Origin: an uncultured Acidobacteriota bacterium
GTDB lineage: Bacteria > Acidobacteriota > Polarisedimenticolia > J045
Assembly (NCBI GenBank): GCA_963702425.1
Contig: CAVPCQ010000012.1
Coordinates: 160,001-224,000 of the forward strand
Length of the DNA: 64,000 nt
Direction of reading: 5' to 3'
Shown: one piece after another, positions 51,333 through 61,660 of the stretch
Layout: each line of letters opens with the position of its first letter
Position numbering within the stretch: the first letter of the stretch is position 1
The notes under the pieces: model-generated
What the model saw: the letters and a program-made list of their open reading frames with translations, nothing else
Databases searched by the model: none
What the model was told of the DNA's origin: nothing
Position numbers and translations under genes: made by a program

Positions 51333-53291
51333 TCAGCGCACCTCCGCCGTCGAACCTTCAACGGCCTTCCACGGCTCGGCGCGCCCGCCGAGCTGCTGGG
51401 CGAGGAACTCGTCGATCCGCCCGTAGAAGTCGAGCCGGTTGTTGGGCCGTGCGAAGCCGTGCCCCTCGTCGGGATAGACGACGTAGGTCACCGGGATCTT
51501 GTTCTCGCGCATCGCCGCGACCATCTGGTCGGCCTCGCGGATGTTGACGCGCGGGTCGTTCGCCCCCTGGGCGATGATCAGCGGCACCTTGACGTTCTTC
51601 GCGTGGAAGAGCGGCGAGATCTTCGCGTTCAGCGCCTCGTCCTTCTCGACGTCGCCGACGCGCAGGACGAGGATCTTCTTGAAGGTCGACCAGTAGGGCG
51701 GGATCGACTCGAAGAGCGTCCTGATGTTCGAGGGCCCGACGATGTCGACGCCGCAGGCGTACAGCGCGGGAGTGAAGGTCAGGCCGGCGAGCGTGGCGTA
51801 GCCGCCGTAGGAGCCGCCGTAGACGCAGACCTTCTTCGGGTCGGCGATCCCCTTCCCGACCGCCCACCTCACCGCGTCGGTCAGGTCGTGCTGCATCGCG
51901 CCGACGCCCCACTGCTCGTTGCCGGCGTTGAGGAACTTCTTGCCGAACCCGGTCGAGCCGCGGAAATTGACCTGCAGCACGGCGTAGCCGCGGTTGGCCA
52001 GCCACTGCGCCTCGGGGTCGTAGCCCCATCCGTCGCGCGCCCACGGGCCGCCGTGGACGTTCAGCACGAGCGGCAGGTTCTTCGCCTCGAGCCCGACCGG
52101 GAGCGTCAGGTAGGAGACCAGGTCCAGCCCGTCCCGCGCCTTGATGACGACCGGCTCGATCTTCGCCAGCTGGTACTTCGCCAGCTCCGGCTGGTTGACG
52201 AACAGCAGCTCGCCCTTCTTCGACTCGCGGTTCCAGCTGTACCAGGCCACCGGCCCGTCGTCGACCTGGAAGGCGACGATCCAGTGCCTGTCGGCCCGGT
52301 CGCGACTGACGACGGAGAACTCCCCCCGGTGGAGCTTCGCAAGCGCCTCGAAGTCGCCCTTGATCGCCGGGTCGAGTACCGTCCACTCGTTCTTGAGGTA
52401 ATTGAAGCCGACCGCCTGGATCTCGTACGTATCGGGGTGGACCATCACGGCCCCGGCGTCGGCCCTGGGATCCTGCGCGATCTTCGCCAGCTCCTTGCCG
52501 GTCGCGCCGTCGACCCGCAGCACGCGGGTCGTGTCGGACCCCAGCGAGCTCTCGATCACCAGCGTCTTTCCGTCTCTCGAGAAGGTGACGGGACCGCCCT
52601 CTTCCAGGAACGGCCAGCTCATGAACTCGCGCCAGGGCTCGTCCTTGCCGTCGCGCAGCCGCAGCACGGTGCTTCCGTCCGCCGCATTGACCGCCGTCGC
52701 GCCGCGGATCACGAAATCCGCGTCGGTGGTCCAGCCCTCCACGTCGCCCGGGTTCTGCGTGTCGAGCACGACGGCGCCGGTCGTAAGGTCGATCCGGTAC
52801 ATGTCGAAGACGCGGCGGTCGCGGATGTTCAGGCCGACCAGCAGCTCGTTCGGGTGATCCTTGTCGGCCGCGATATTCGTGGCGCGGATCCCCTGGAACG
52901 GCGTCAGGTCGCGCACCACCTTCGTTGCCAGGTCGGCGGCATAGACGTGGAGGTTCTCGTCGCCGCCGATGTCCTGCAGGTACAGGATCCGCGTGCCGTC
53001 CTCCGACCAGAAATACTGCCGGATGCCGCGGTAGGTGTCGTTCGTGACCTGGACGTCGTCGCTCTTCCCGAGCGTCCGGACGAAAACGTTGAGCACGTCC
53101 TTGTCGTTCGGCGCGACCCAGGCCAGGCGCGTCCCGTCGGGCGAGAGCTTCGGCGACGCCTTGACCGGGTTGCCGAACAGGATGTCGCGCGGGATCAGCG
53201 GCGGCAGCGTGGCGTTACCCGCCGCCGGCACGGCTGCGAGGGCGAGCGGAGTGATCAGGAGTAGGGGGATCAGGAGCGCGAGACGCTTCAC
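51333..53291 (-). CDS. S9 family (dipeptidyl/acylaminoacyl) peptidase, secreted
   Basis: GGAGGAGG RBS with GTG start and signal peptide; HGGPW, NFRGSTGFG, GGSYGG, NDPRV, DEGHG triad. Confidence 0.95.
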   Translation of the reverse strand: MKRLALLIPLLLITPLALAAVPAAGNATLPPLIPRDILFGNPVKASPKLSPDGTRLAWVAPNDKDVLNVFVRTLGKSDDVQVTNDTYRGIRQYFWSEDGTRILYLQDIGGDENLHVYAADLATKVVRDLTPFQGIRATNIAADKDHPNELLVGLNIRDRRVFDMYRIDLTTGAVVLDTQNPGDVEGWTTDADFVIRGATAVNAADGSTVLRLRDGKDEPWREFMSWPFLEEGGPVTFSRDGKTLVIESSLGSDTTRVLRVDGATGKELAKIAQDPRADAGAVMVHPDTYEIQAVGFNYLKNEWTVLDPAIKGDFEALAKLHRGEFSVVSRDRADRHWIVAFQVDDGPVAWYSWNRESKKGELLFVNQPELAKYQLAKIEPVVIKARDGLDLVSYLTLPVGLEAKNLPLVLNVHGGPWARDGWGYDPEAQWLANRGYAVLQVNFRGSTGFGKKFLNAGNEQWGVGAMQHDLTDAVRWAVGKGIADPKKVCVYGGSYGGYATLAGLTFTPALYACGVDIVGPSNIRTLFESIPPYWSTFKKILVLRVGDVEKDEALNAKISPLFHAKNVKVPLIIAQGANDPRVNIREADQMVAAMRENKIPVTYVVYPDEGHGFARPNNRLDFYGRIDEFLAQQLGGRAEPWKAVEGSTAEVR

Positions 53292-53434
53292 GGGGACCTC
53301 CTCCAGGAGCGGGGTTTGCGGGAGCGCGGTGAAGATACAGACAAGCAGCGCGACGGCGGCCCCTGCACCGAGGATGGAGGCGGCGAGCGGTCTCGGACGG
53401 CGCGTAAACGGCAGCCGCCCGGGTCGTTTGTCAG

Positions 53435-54799
53435 TCATGCGAGTTCCTCCGCGATCTCGTCCGCCCAGCGCTCGAGCCGTCCGAGATCGCAAGCCATGTC
53501 GAGCACGGTGTAGCGGCGTCGCACGTGACGGGCGGCGCGCAGGGCGTGGGCCGCGCGGGCGCGTGTCACGTCGATCGCGCCGAAGCGGGCCGGGACGCCG
53601 GCCGCCTCCAAGGCGCCCTCGATCCCGCGGCTTCCCGCCAGCTGCAGCGCCACCCGCGGGGCGAGCTCGCTCCAGGCGACTGCCGCGCGCGCGGCGCGCG
53701 CGGCCCGCCCGCCCCCGAGGCTCCGCTTCACCGACGCTTCGTGCGCCACCTCGGCCCGGGCCGCGTCGCCGAGGTGGGCGTGCAGTGCATCGAACGCGGG
53801 TCCCGGCGGTTCGACCGGCGACGCAGCGCCCGGATCGGACCGGCCCGCAGCGTCGAACAACCGCCGGTAGAGCGCCAGCGACGCGCGGGTCCCGACCGCC
53901 ACCTGCTCGCCGTGCAGGAACGGCGTGCGCTGCCAGCCGGTCTCGCTCATGTCGAGATAGTGCGAGATCAGGTGCTCGCCCCCCGACGCCGGCGAGGAGG
54001 TGCCGGCCAGCATCATGGAGATCCCGGACAGGAGCAGCGCCTCGACCAGCACGGCGACCGCGTCGCGCTCGCCCCGGCCGATTCCTCGCGCGACGGCGCG
54101 CGCGCGCGCGACGGCGTCCTCGGCCACGGAGAGCGCGGTCGGGCAGAGCGGCTCGTCGAGCAGCCAGGACGCGAGCACCCAGTCGGCCCCCGACACCGGC
54201 TTGCTGCAGACGTCGCCGAAGCCGGCCGCGGCCAGGCGCGGCGGCGCGGCAGCCAGAACCTCGAGGTCGAGCAGCAGCACCCGGGCCGGTTCGGCCGGGA
54301 CGGTGACCTTGAGCCCCCCGACGGTCAGCGCCGCGATCGGCGACAGGTAGCCGTTCATCGATGCCGCGGTCGCCAGCGTGACGAGCGGCACGCCGAGCTC
54401 CCCCGCGATCGCCTTCCCGAGATCGTTCAGGGTCCCGGCGCCGACCGCGACGACCGCCGCCGGCGGCCCCCCGCCGCCGAGCCTCTCGCGCAGCCACGAC
54501 AGCGCCGCGTCGTCGGCGCGCGGAGGCGCCGGGAAGACCGCCTCGCGCAGCGCGTGCCCGCCGGCCGCGAGCTCCCGGGCGACCCGCGCCCCGGCCGCGG
54601 CCTGGGTGTTCGGATCGGCCAGGAGCAGCAGCGGTGCGCGCAGACCCACCGCGCGCCCGATCGCCTCCGCCGCCCCGTCGATGACCCCGGCGCCGCAAAG
54701 GACCGTGCGCCGCCCCAACCGGTGGGTGCGGCCGCAGGGGCAGTCGATCGGCTCGCCCCCCAGCCAGGGGGCGAGCGAGTCCGGAGCCGGGACCACCAT
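53435..54799 (-). CDS. sn-glycerol-1-phosphate dehydrogenase-like protein (AraM/EgsA, iron-ADH/DHQS superfamily)
   Basis: CPCGRTH, AVGAGTLNDLGK, TAASMNGYLS, AGFGD, SPASGGEHLISH, LHGEQVAVG. Confidence 0.88.
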   Translation of the reverse strand: MVVPAPDSLAPWLGGEPIDCPCGRTHRLGRRTVLCGAGVIDGAAEAIGRAVGLRAPLLLLADPNTQAAAGARVARELAAGGHALREAVFPAPPRADDAALSWLRERLGGGGPPAAVVAVGAGTLNDLGKAIAGELGVPLVTLATAASMNGYLSPIAALTVGGLKVTVPAEPARVLLLDLEVLAAAPPRLAAAGFGDVCSKPVSGADWVLASWLLDEPLCPTALSVAEDAVARARAVARGIGRGERDAVAVLVEALLLSGISMMLAGTSSPASGGEHLISHYLDMSETGWQRTPFLHGEQVAVGTRASLALYRRLFDAAGRSDPGAASPVEPPGPAFDALHAHLGDAARAEVAHEASVKRSLGGGRAARAARAAVAWSELAPRVALQLAGSRGIEGALEAAGVPARFGAIDVTRARAAHALRAARHVRRRYTVLDMACDLGRLERWADEIAEELA

Positions 54800-54927
54800 C
54801 GGGAGAGTGTAGCCGGGGACCCCTTCCGGCACCGGCTCGCCCTCCCGGCGCGCGACGGTCAGCCCGGGCCCCCGGTGGATGATCCGGGTTAATCTCGCGT
54901 TTCGCGCCGCGCACCGGAGAATCGAAC

Positions 54928-57723
54928 ATGCGACGTCCGCTGAGCATCGCCCCCTGCCTCGCCGCACTCCTGGTCGCCGGCATCGCGTGGCAGGCCGCCG
55001 CCGCCCCGGAGCGCCGGCCGGCCACCACGCCCTCCCCCGCCGCCCCTCCGGCCCCCGCCGGGGTCGCGCTCCCCGCGCCGGCCGCCGCCGCGCTCAAGGC
55101 CCGCTCGATCGGCCCCGCGATCATGGGCGGCCGCGTCTCGGAGATTGCGGTCGACCCGCTCGACCCGGCGACGTTCTACGTCGGCTTCGCAACCAGCGGC
55201 GTGTGGAAGACGACGGACGCGGGCGCCACCTTCGCGCCGCTGTTCGACAAGGAGAGCGTGCTGTCGATCGGGGCCGTCGCGGTCGCCCCGACCGACCGCC
55301 GCGTCGTGTGGGTCGGCACCGGCGAAGCGAACGACCGCAACAGCTCGGGCTGGGGCGACGGTGTCTACCGCTCCACCGACGGTGGAGCGACCTGGACGAA
55401 GGCCGGCCTCGCGGCCAGCCGCACGATCGCGCGGATCGCCGTCGACCCGCGCGCGCCGGAGACCGCCTACGTGGCGGCGATGGGCGACCTCTGGTCGCCT
55501 GGCGGCGAGCGCGGCCTTTACCGGACGACCGACGGCGGGCGGAGCTGGACGCTCGTTCTCGCCGCGCCGAAGCCGGACGACGCGGTGACCGGGTGCGGCG
55601 ATGTCGTGCTCGATCCGCAGAACCCGGGCACGCTCTACGCCGCGCTCTACGCCCGCCAGCGCAAGCCCTGGCGCTTCGACTACGGCGTCGGCGCAACCGG
55701 GGGGCGCGACGTCGGCGGGATCTTCAAATCGACCGACGGCGGAGCCACGTGGCGCAAGCTGACGAACGGCCTGCCGTCGAAGACCGGCCGAATCGGCCTT
55801 TCGCTCTTCGCGAAGGACCCGCGCGTCGTCTACGCGATCATCCAGAGCGACGAGGGCGGAACGAGCAGCATCGACGACCCGAAGAGCAAGAAGGGCGGCG
55901 TCTTCCGGTCGGAGGACGGCGGCGGGACGTGGACGCGGATGAACCCGCTCAACCCGCGCGCCTTCTACTTCAGCCAGGTCCGCGTCGACCCGATCGACGC
56001 GCGGCGCGTCTACCTGCTGGGCTTCATGCTCCACGTCTCCGACGACGGCGGGAAGACCTTCCGCGAGGACTTGTTCAAGAACGTCCACGCCGACTGCCAC
56101 TCCCTGGCGATCGTGCCGTCCCCCGCGGCGCTGCTTGCCGACGCCGAGCGGGCCGCCGCCGAGGCAATGAAGAAGGCCGACCCGAGCCTCCCGCCTCCCG
56201 CGCCCGTCTTCAGCCGCCAGCTCGTGCTGGGTACGGACGGCGGCGTCTACCAGAGCTTCGACGCCGGGTCCTCCTGGGCCCACCTCGACCGGATCCCGGC
56301 CGGGCAGTACTACCGGATCAACGTCGACGACTCGACCCCTTACCGGATCTGCGGCGGCCTGCAGGACAACACCAACTGGGTCGGCCCGTCGAGCACGAAC
56401 TCGCAGGAAGGGATTCTCAACGCGGCCTGGACCGAGATCGGCGGCGGCGACGGCTTCTACTGCGTGTTCGACCCGTTCGACCGCGACCTGCTCTACGCCG
56501 AGTCGCAGGAGGGGTACCTGCACCGTTTCAACACCCGGACCGGGGAGATGAAGGCGGTGCGCCCGGAACCGACCGAGGGCCAACCCCGCTACCGCTTCCA
56601 CTGGAATGCGCCGCTGATCGGAAGCCGGCACGAAAAGGGAACGATGTACCTCGCGGGTAACGTCGTGTTCCGCGTCCGGGACCGCGGCGAGAGCTTCGAG
56701 GTGATCAGTCCCGACCTGACCGCCCGGGACCCGGAGAAGACGACCACCGTCGGCAGCGGCGCCGAGAACTTCGGCGTCGTCTACACGCTGGCCGAGTCGC
56801 CGGTCGTTGCGGGGACGTTCTGGGCCGGCACCGACGACGGCAAGCTCTGGATCACGCGGGACGGCGGCACGAACTGGACCGATCTCACCGCGAGCCTGCC
56901 GGCAGCCGTCAAGGGCCAGTGGCTCTCGCGGATCGAGCCGTCGGCACACGATCCGCAGGTCGCCTACCTCGCGGTCGCGGCCCATCGCACCGGCCTCTAC
57001 GCCCCGTTCGCCTTCCGGACCGCCGACGGCGGCCGGAGCTGGCAGGAGATCGCCGGCGACCTGCCGAAGAGTGGCCCCGTTCGGGTCCTGCGCGAGGACC
57101 CGCGGAACCCGGCCGTCCTGTACGCCGGCACCGAGTACGGCCCGTTCGTCTCGCTCGACCGCGGTACGCACTGGACGAAGATCGGCGGGCTGCCGGCCGT
57201 GATCGTCGACGACATCGTGCTCCAGCCGACGCAGCGCGACCTCGTGCTCGGGACCCACGGGCGGAGCCTCTGGATCATCGACGACGTCTCCCCGTTCGCC
57301 GCGCTGACGCCGGAGATCGCAGCGAAGGAGATCTACCTCTTCCCGCCGCGCGCCGCGCACGGGGCCTACCGCGTGCGCGGCTGGCTCGACAGCAACGGCA
57401 GCGCCGTCTTCCGCGGCGAGAACCCGCCGGAGGGGGCGATCCTGACCGCGTGGGTCAGGGACTACAACGCCGAGCCGGTGAAGGTGACGATCGCGGACGC
57501 GGCCGGTCGCCCGGTCGCGAACCTGACGCTGCCGGGAACGCCCGGCCTGAACCGGACCAGCTGGGACCTGCGGCCGACCAAGGACCTGCTGACGGAGTAC
57601 GGCGGCGAGAACGCGAAGAAGCTGGTCGCACCGGGCGAATACACGGTCACCGTGAGCCGCGGCGCGGAGCGTTCGACCCAGAAGCTCACGGTGACGATCG
57701 CCGAGGGGATCGAGACCCGCTGA
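54928..57723 (+). CDS. Secreted VPS10/sortilin-like BNR (Asp-box) beta-propeller protein
   Basis: RSIGPAIMGGRV, repeated S-x-D-GG-x-TW Asp boxes, GGLQDN, RFHWNAP, GTHGRS. Confidence 0.92.
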   Translation: MRRPLSIAPCLAALLVAGIAWQAAAAPERRPATTPSPAAPPAPAGVALPAPAAAALKARSIGPAIMGGRVSEIAVDPLDPATFYVGFATSGVWKTTDAGATFAPLFDKESVLSIGAVAVAPTDRRVVWVGTGEANDRNSSGWGDGVYRSTDGGATWTKAGLAASRTIARIAVDPRAPETAYVAAMGDLWSPGGERGLYRTTDGGRSWTLVLAAPKPDDAVTGCGDVVLDPQNPGTLYAALYARQRKPWRFDYGVGATGGRDVGGIFKSTDGGATWRKLTNGLPSKTGRIGLSLFAKDPRVVYAIIQSDEGGTSSIDDPKSKKGGVFRSEDGGGTWTRMNPLNPRAFYFSQVRVDPIDARRVYLLGFMLHVSDDGGKTFREDLFKNVHADCHSLAIVPSPAALLADAERAAAEAMKKADPSLPPPAPVFSRQLVLGTDGGVYQSFDAGSSWAHLDRIPAGQYYRINVDDSTPYRICGGLQDNTNWVGPSSTNSQEGILNAAWTEIGGGDGFYCVFDPFDRDLLYAESQEGYLHRFNTRTGEMKAVRPEPTEGQPRYRFHWNAPLIGSRHEKGTMYLAGNVVFRVRDRGESFEVISPDLTARDPEKTTTVGSGAENFGVVYTLAESPVVAGTFWAGTDDGKLWITRDGGTNWTDLTASLPAAVKGQWLSRIEPSAHDPQVAYLAVAAHRTGLYAPFAFRTADGGRSWQEIAGDLPKSGPVRVLREDPRNPAVLYAGTEYGPFVSLDRGTHWTKIGGLPAVIVDDIVLQPTQRDLVLGTHGRSLWIIDDVSPFAALTPEIAAKEIYLFPPRAAHGAYRVRGWLDSNGSAVFRGENPPEGAILTAWVRDYNAEPVKVTIADAAGRPVANLTLPGTPGLNRTSWDLRPTKDLLTEYGGENAKKLVAPGEYTVTVSRGAERSTQKLTVTIAEGIETR

Positions 57724-57737
57724 GGCCCGGAGGAAGG

Positions 57738-58061
57738 ATGGCGACCACCCGCTGGGTCCGCGTCGCAAGCGAAGTGGACTTCGCAGAGCGCAACATGATC
57801 GCGGCCGAGGCCGGCCCGGAAGCCGTGGTCGTGGCGAAGATCGGGCCGAACTACTTCGCGATCGAGGACCGTTGCTCGCACGACGACAACCCGCTCGGCG
57901 AGGGCGGGATCGAGGACGGCCAGATCGTCTGCCCGCGCCACGGCGCGCGCTTCGACCTGGCGACCGGCGCCGCGCGGGCGATGCCGGCGGTCGCGCCGGT
58001 CCGGACGTTCCCGGTCAAGCTCGAGAACGGCGCGATCTTCGTCGAGGTCGACGCCGACTGA
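57738..58061 (+). CDS. Rieske-type [2Fe-2S] ferredoxin
   Basis: DRCSH...CPRHGARFDLATG; GGAGG RBS. Confidence 0.93.
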   Translation: MATTRWVRVASEVDFAERNMIAAEAGPEAVVVAKIGPNYFAIEDRCSHDDNPLGEGGIEDGQIVCPRHGARFDLATGAARAMPAVAPVRTFPVKLENGAIFVEVDAD

Positions 58062-58064
58062 CGG

Positions 58065-59409
58065 TCAGGCCGGTTCGGCGAGCCCCGCCCGCAGCGGTGG
58101 CGCGGCCGGGACGATCAGGCGCCGGCACCAGATCGCGAGCGCGACCCCGGCCGCGAGCAGCAGCGCACCCGTCACCTGGTGCGCGGTCGTGACGATCGCC
58201 TCCCAGAGCGGCGCGGCCGTCCCCGGGCGCCGCATCGTGACGGCCGCCAGCGCACCGACACCGAGCGTGAGCTGGACGGCGACGAGCGCGAGCAGCGTCT
58301 TCCCCGTCCGTCGCATCGTGCCGATCCGCCCGTAGAGGCCCCACGCGCGCACGCCCGCCGCCACCGCCAGGCCCGCGACGAGGGTCGCCATCGTGATGTG
58401 AACGAGCAGCCCGGTCCCGGTGTGCCGCAGGACGGCACCGAGGACGAGCTGCACGATCAGTGCGCCGACCAGCAGCGCGGTGAGGCCGCGTTCGGTCGCC
58501 GCGGCCGGCACGACTTCGGCTGGCGCCTCGTCGCGGAAGCGCCGCGTCGTGACGACGGCGAGCGCGACCATCAGCGCGAAGAAGAGCTGGCCGGTGACGC
58601 CGTGCACGACTGCCAGCGCGAGGCTGGGCGCCGTCTCAGCCGGGTCCGCCGACAAAGTGAAGCGGCCGGTCACGCGCAGCCCGCCGAGAATCCCCTGGAC
58701 GACGACCAGCGCGAAGGCCAGCAGCCCGAGCCGCCTGACCCAGCTCCTCGAGTCGGTGCGCGCGAGCACGAGCGCGAGGACCAGCGTCGTCAGCCCGACG
58801 AGCGATCCGAACAGCCGGTGCGCGTGCTCGTAGTAGATGCCGCCCGTCATCCGCGCGAGCGGGTAGAGGAACATGTTGTAGCCGAACGAGTTCGGCCAGT
58901 CGACGACGGCCAGGCCGGCGTCGTTGCTGGTGACGAGGCCGCCGATCGTGACGAGGCCCAGCGTCGCCGCCGCCGCGACGCCGGCAAAGATCCCGATCCA
59001 GTTCGGCGATGCGCGGCCGGGGCCGCGGCCCGGCTGACCCGGCGAGTGCCGCCAGCGCCCCGATCGCCGCGCCCGCCAGGAGCGCCCCGGGGAGCCAGAT
59101 CGCCGTCCCGGGGCGGAGCCGGTTCGGAGCGTCGGCGCTCGTCAGCAGGCTGCCGAGGATCAGCACGTTGAGCGCCATCGTCAGCAGCCCCGCCAGGGCA
59201 CCGGTCCGCCAGCCGCCGGCGAAGCGGCCCGCGAGGAACCCGCCGCCAGCCAGAAGTCCCAGCATCGCCAGCGCGACGAGCGCGCTGGGCGCCTGGATCC
59301 ACGGCAACCGCAGGAGGTAACCCGCGGCCCACATGGCGACCGTCGTGCCGAAGCCGAGCGCGAGAACCGCGCCGGGGTCGCGGCGCCTGGAGAACGCGGA
59401 GCCGGTCAT
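58065..59409 (-). CDS. ctaA: Heme A synthase (COX15/CtaA) with extra N-terminal TM region (indel near 59015-59035)
   Basis: GGLVTSNDAGLAVVDWP, EHAHR, QGILGGLRV, VHG, LVH, AHQ; upstream frame supplies a 4-TM N-terminus. Confidence 0.85.
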
Positions 59410-59547
59410 GGGGAGCACCTCGCGGGGAGCTGGAACCGGCCTGCCATAGTAGAGGCCGCGGATGCAGCCATCCACCGCCTCTGGCCTCCGCCCCCCGATG
59501 CCCTTACCATGCGTCGTTTCGAGCGTCCTCCGCTCGACCGGGTCCCG

Positions 59548-60468
59548 ATGAGCAGCCTGCCGACCTCAGCCCGTTCCACCCCCGCGCCGCGCGCCGCCGG
59601 ACGCCTCGGCGCCGCGCTGGGGCTCTATGCGGACCTGACCAAGGCGCGGCTCTCGGCGCTCGTGGTGGCGACCACGGCCGCGGGCTACGCGCTCGGGTCG
59701 AGCGGCCCCTTCGAACTTGCAGGGTTGCTCTGGGCGGTCCTCGGCACCTCGCTCTCGGCGCTCGGGGCGAACGGGCTCAACCAGTGGCTCGAGCGCGAGC
59801 GCGACGCGCGCATGGAGCGCACGCGCGAGCGTCCGTTGCCCGCCGGCCGGCTCGAGCCGTCGCACGCCTTCTGGGTCTCGCTGGCGCTCGCCGCCGCCGG
59901 GACCGCGGTGCTCTACCTCGGAACGAACGGGCTGACCACGGGGCTCAACGCCGTGACCGTCGCGCTGTACGTGCTGGTCTACACGCCGCTCAAGACGCGA
60001 AGCTCGCTCTGCACGCTGGTCGGCGCGATCGTCGGTGCCATCCCGCCGATCATGGGCTACACGGCAGCGACCGGGACGGTCGGGGCCGGCGCCTGGATCC
60101 TCTTCGCGGTCCTCTTCGCCTGGCAGATCCCGCACTTCCTGTCGCTGGCGTGGCTGTACCGCGACGACTACCGCCGGGGCGGGTACGTCATGCTTCCGCT
60201 CGGCGACCCCGACGGCCGCATCACGTTCGAGGTCACCGTGCTCTACGCGCTGGCCCTGGTCCCGCTCGGCCTCGCGGCGTTCCTGGCCGGGCTCACCGGC
60301 TGGGCCTCGGCGGCCGGATCGCTCGTGCTGGGCGGCGCCTTCTTCGCGCTCACGCTGCAGCTGCGGCGGCGGCGCGGCGATCGCGAGGCGCGACGGGTGT
60401 TCCTCGCGAGCCTGCTCTACCTGCCGCTGCTGCTCGGCCTGCTCGTCGCCGACCACGCCCTGCGGTGA
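59548..60468 (+). CDS. ctaB: Protoheme IX farnesyltransferase (heme O synthase)
   Basis: LTKAR, N.WLERERDARMERTRERPLPAGR, YTPLK, GAIPP, WQIPHF, DDYRRGG. Confidence 0.96.
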   Translation: MSSLPTSARSTPAPRAAGRLGAALGLYADLTKARLSALVVATTAAGYALGSSGPFELAGLLWAVLGTSLSALGANGLNQWLERERDARMERTRERPLPAGRLEPSHAFWVSLALAAAGTAVLYLGTNGLTTGLNAVTVALYVLVYTPLKTRSSLCTLVGAIVGAIPPIMGYTAATGTVGAGAWILFAVLFAWQIPHFLSLAWLYRDDYRRGGYVMLPLGDPDGRITFEVTVLYALALVPLGLAAFLAGLTGWASAAGSLVLGGAFFALTLQLRRRRGDREARRVFLASLLYLPLLLGLLVADHALR

Positions 60469-61551
60469 CGACGGCGCCCCCAGCCGCGGCGCCGTCACGG
60501 CGGCTGACGCTCAAGAGCGGGGGCGGGGTGCTCCTGCTCGCCGCAGCGATCTCGGCGGTCGCGATGGCCTGGATCGCCTGGCCGATCCTGACGCGCCAGG
60601 CGCACGCGTTGCGCGGCGATGGGCGCCACCCCGACAGCTACGGTTTCGATCTCGCGACGGCGATCGTCCCCCGCGCCGAGATCGTCGCCTCCGGCATGAC
60701 CGTCGACGGCGTGGCCCCGCTGATCGACCCACGCTCGATCCCCGCCTCCGGCGTCGATCGGATCCACCGCGAGGAGCGCGGCAAGTACCTCGTCGGCAGC
60801 GACCGCGTCGTGGGCGTCGTCCTCGGCGGCGAGGCCCGGGCCTACCCGCTGCGCGTCCTGAACTGGCACGAGGTCGCGAACGACACGCTCGGCGGCGTCC
60901 CGATCGCGGTCACCTACAGCCCGCTGACCGACAGCGTCGTCGTCTTCGACCGGCGCGTCGGGAGCGAGACATTGACCTTCGGCGTCAGCGGCCTGCTCTA
61001 CAACTCCAACCAGTTGCTCTACGAGCGGCGCCCTCCTGGTGCGCCGTCGAGCCTCTGGAGCCAGCTTCTCTTCCGCGCCATTGCCGGTCCCGCGGCGGCG
61101 CGCGGCGAGGCCCTCACCGTCGTCCCCTCGCAGCTCGTGACGTGGGATGCCTGGCGCGCTTCCCAGCCCGCGACGACGGTGCTCGACCCCGACCGGACTG
61201 CTCCTGAAGCGGTACCGCGGGAACCCCTACGGCATGTACTACGGCAGCGACCTGCTCCGTTTTCCGGTGACGCCGCTGCCGCCGGCCGGAGACCCGCCCT
61301 ACAAGACGCCGGTGGTCGTCCTGGAGTCGGCCGGGGGCCGGGCGGTGCTGGCGATCCCGGGGCTTGCGCGGCGTGCCGGCCCGGACGGCTCGGCGGAAGC
61401 GGCCACGGCCGCCGGAACGGTCCCGCTCCGCGTCACTCCCGAACCGCCGACGGCCCTCGTGGAGCGCGGACCCGGGGCGCCCGAGCCGATCGCCCACGCC
61501 TTCTGGTTCGCCTGGCACGCGATGCACCCGGAGGACCCGCTCGTGCGATGA
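60465..61551 (+). CDS. Membrane-anchored DUF3179 family protein (indel near 61197)
   Basis: GTGA overlap with ctaB; DG...LIDP, EARAYP..VLNWHEVAND, FGVSGLLYNSN, SLWSQ, TWDAW, C-terminal FWFAWHAMHP. Confidence 0.85.
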
Positions 61552-61660
61552 CGCCGGCCGCACGGCGCGGCGGAGGTCCTTGCCGAAGCCCTGCTTCTGG
61601 TCCAAAGTTTGCACTTTACGGCCCTGGGGCGCCCTCCCCGGCCCCGAAGGATGTCTGCCC

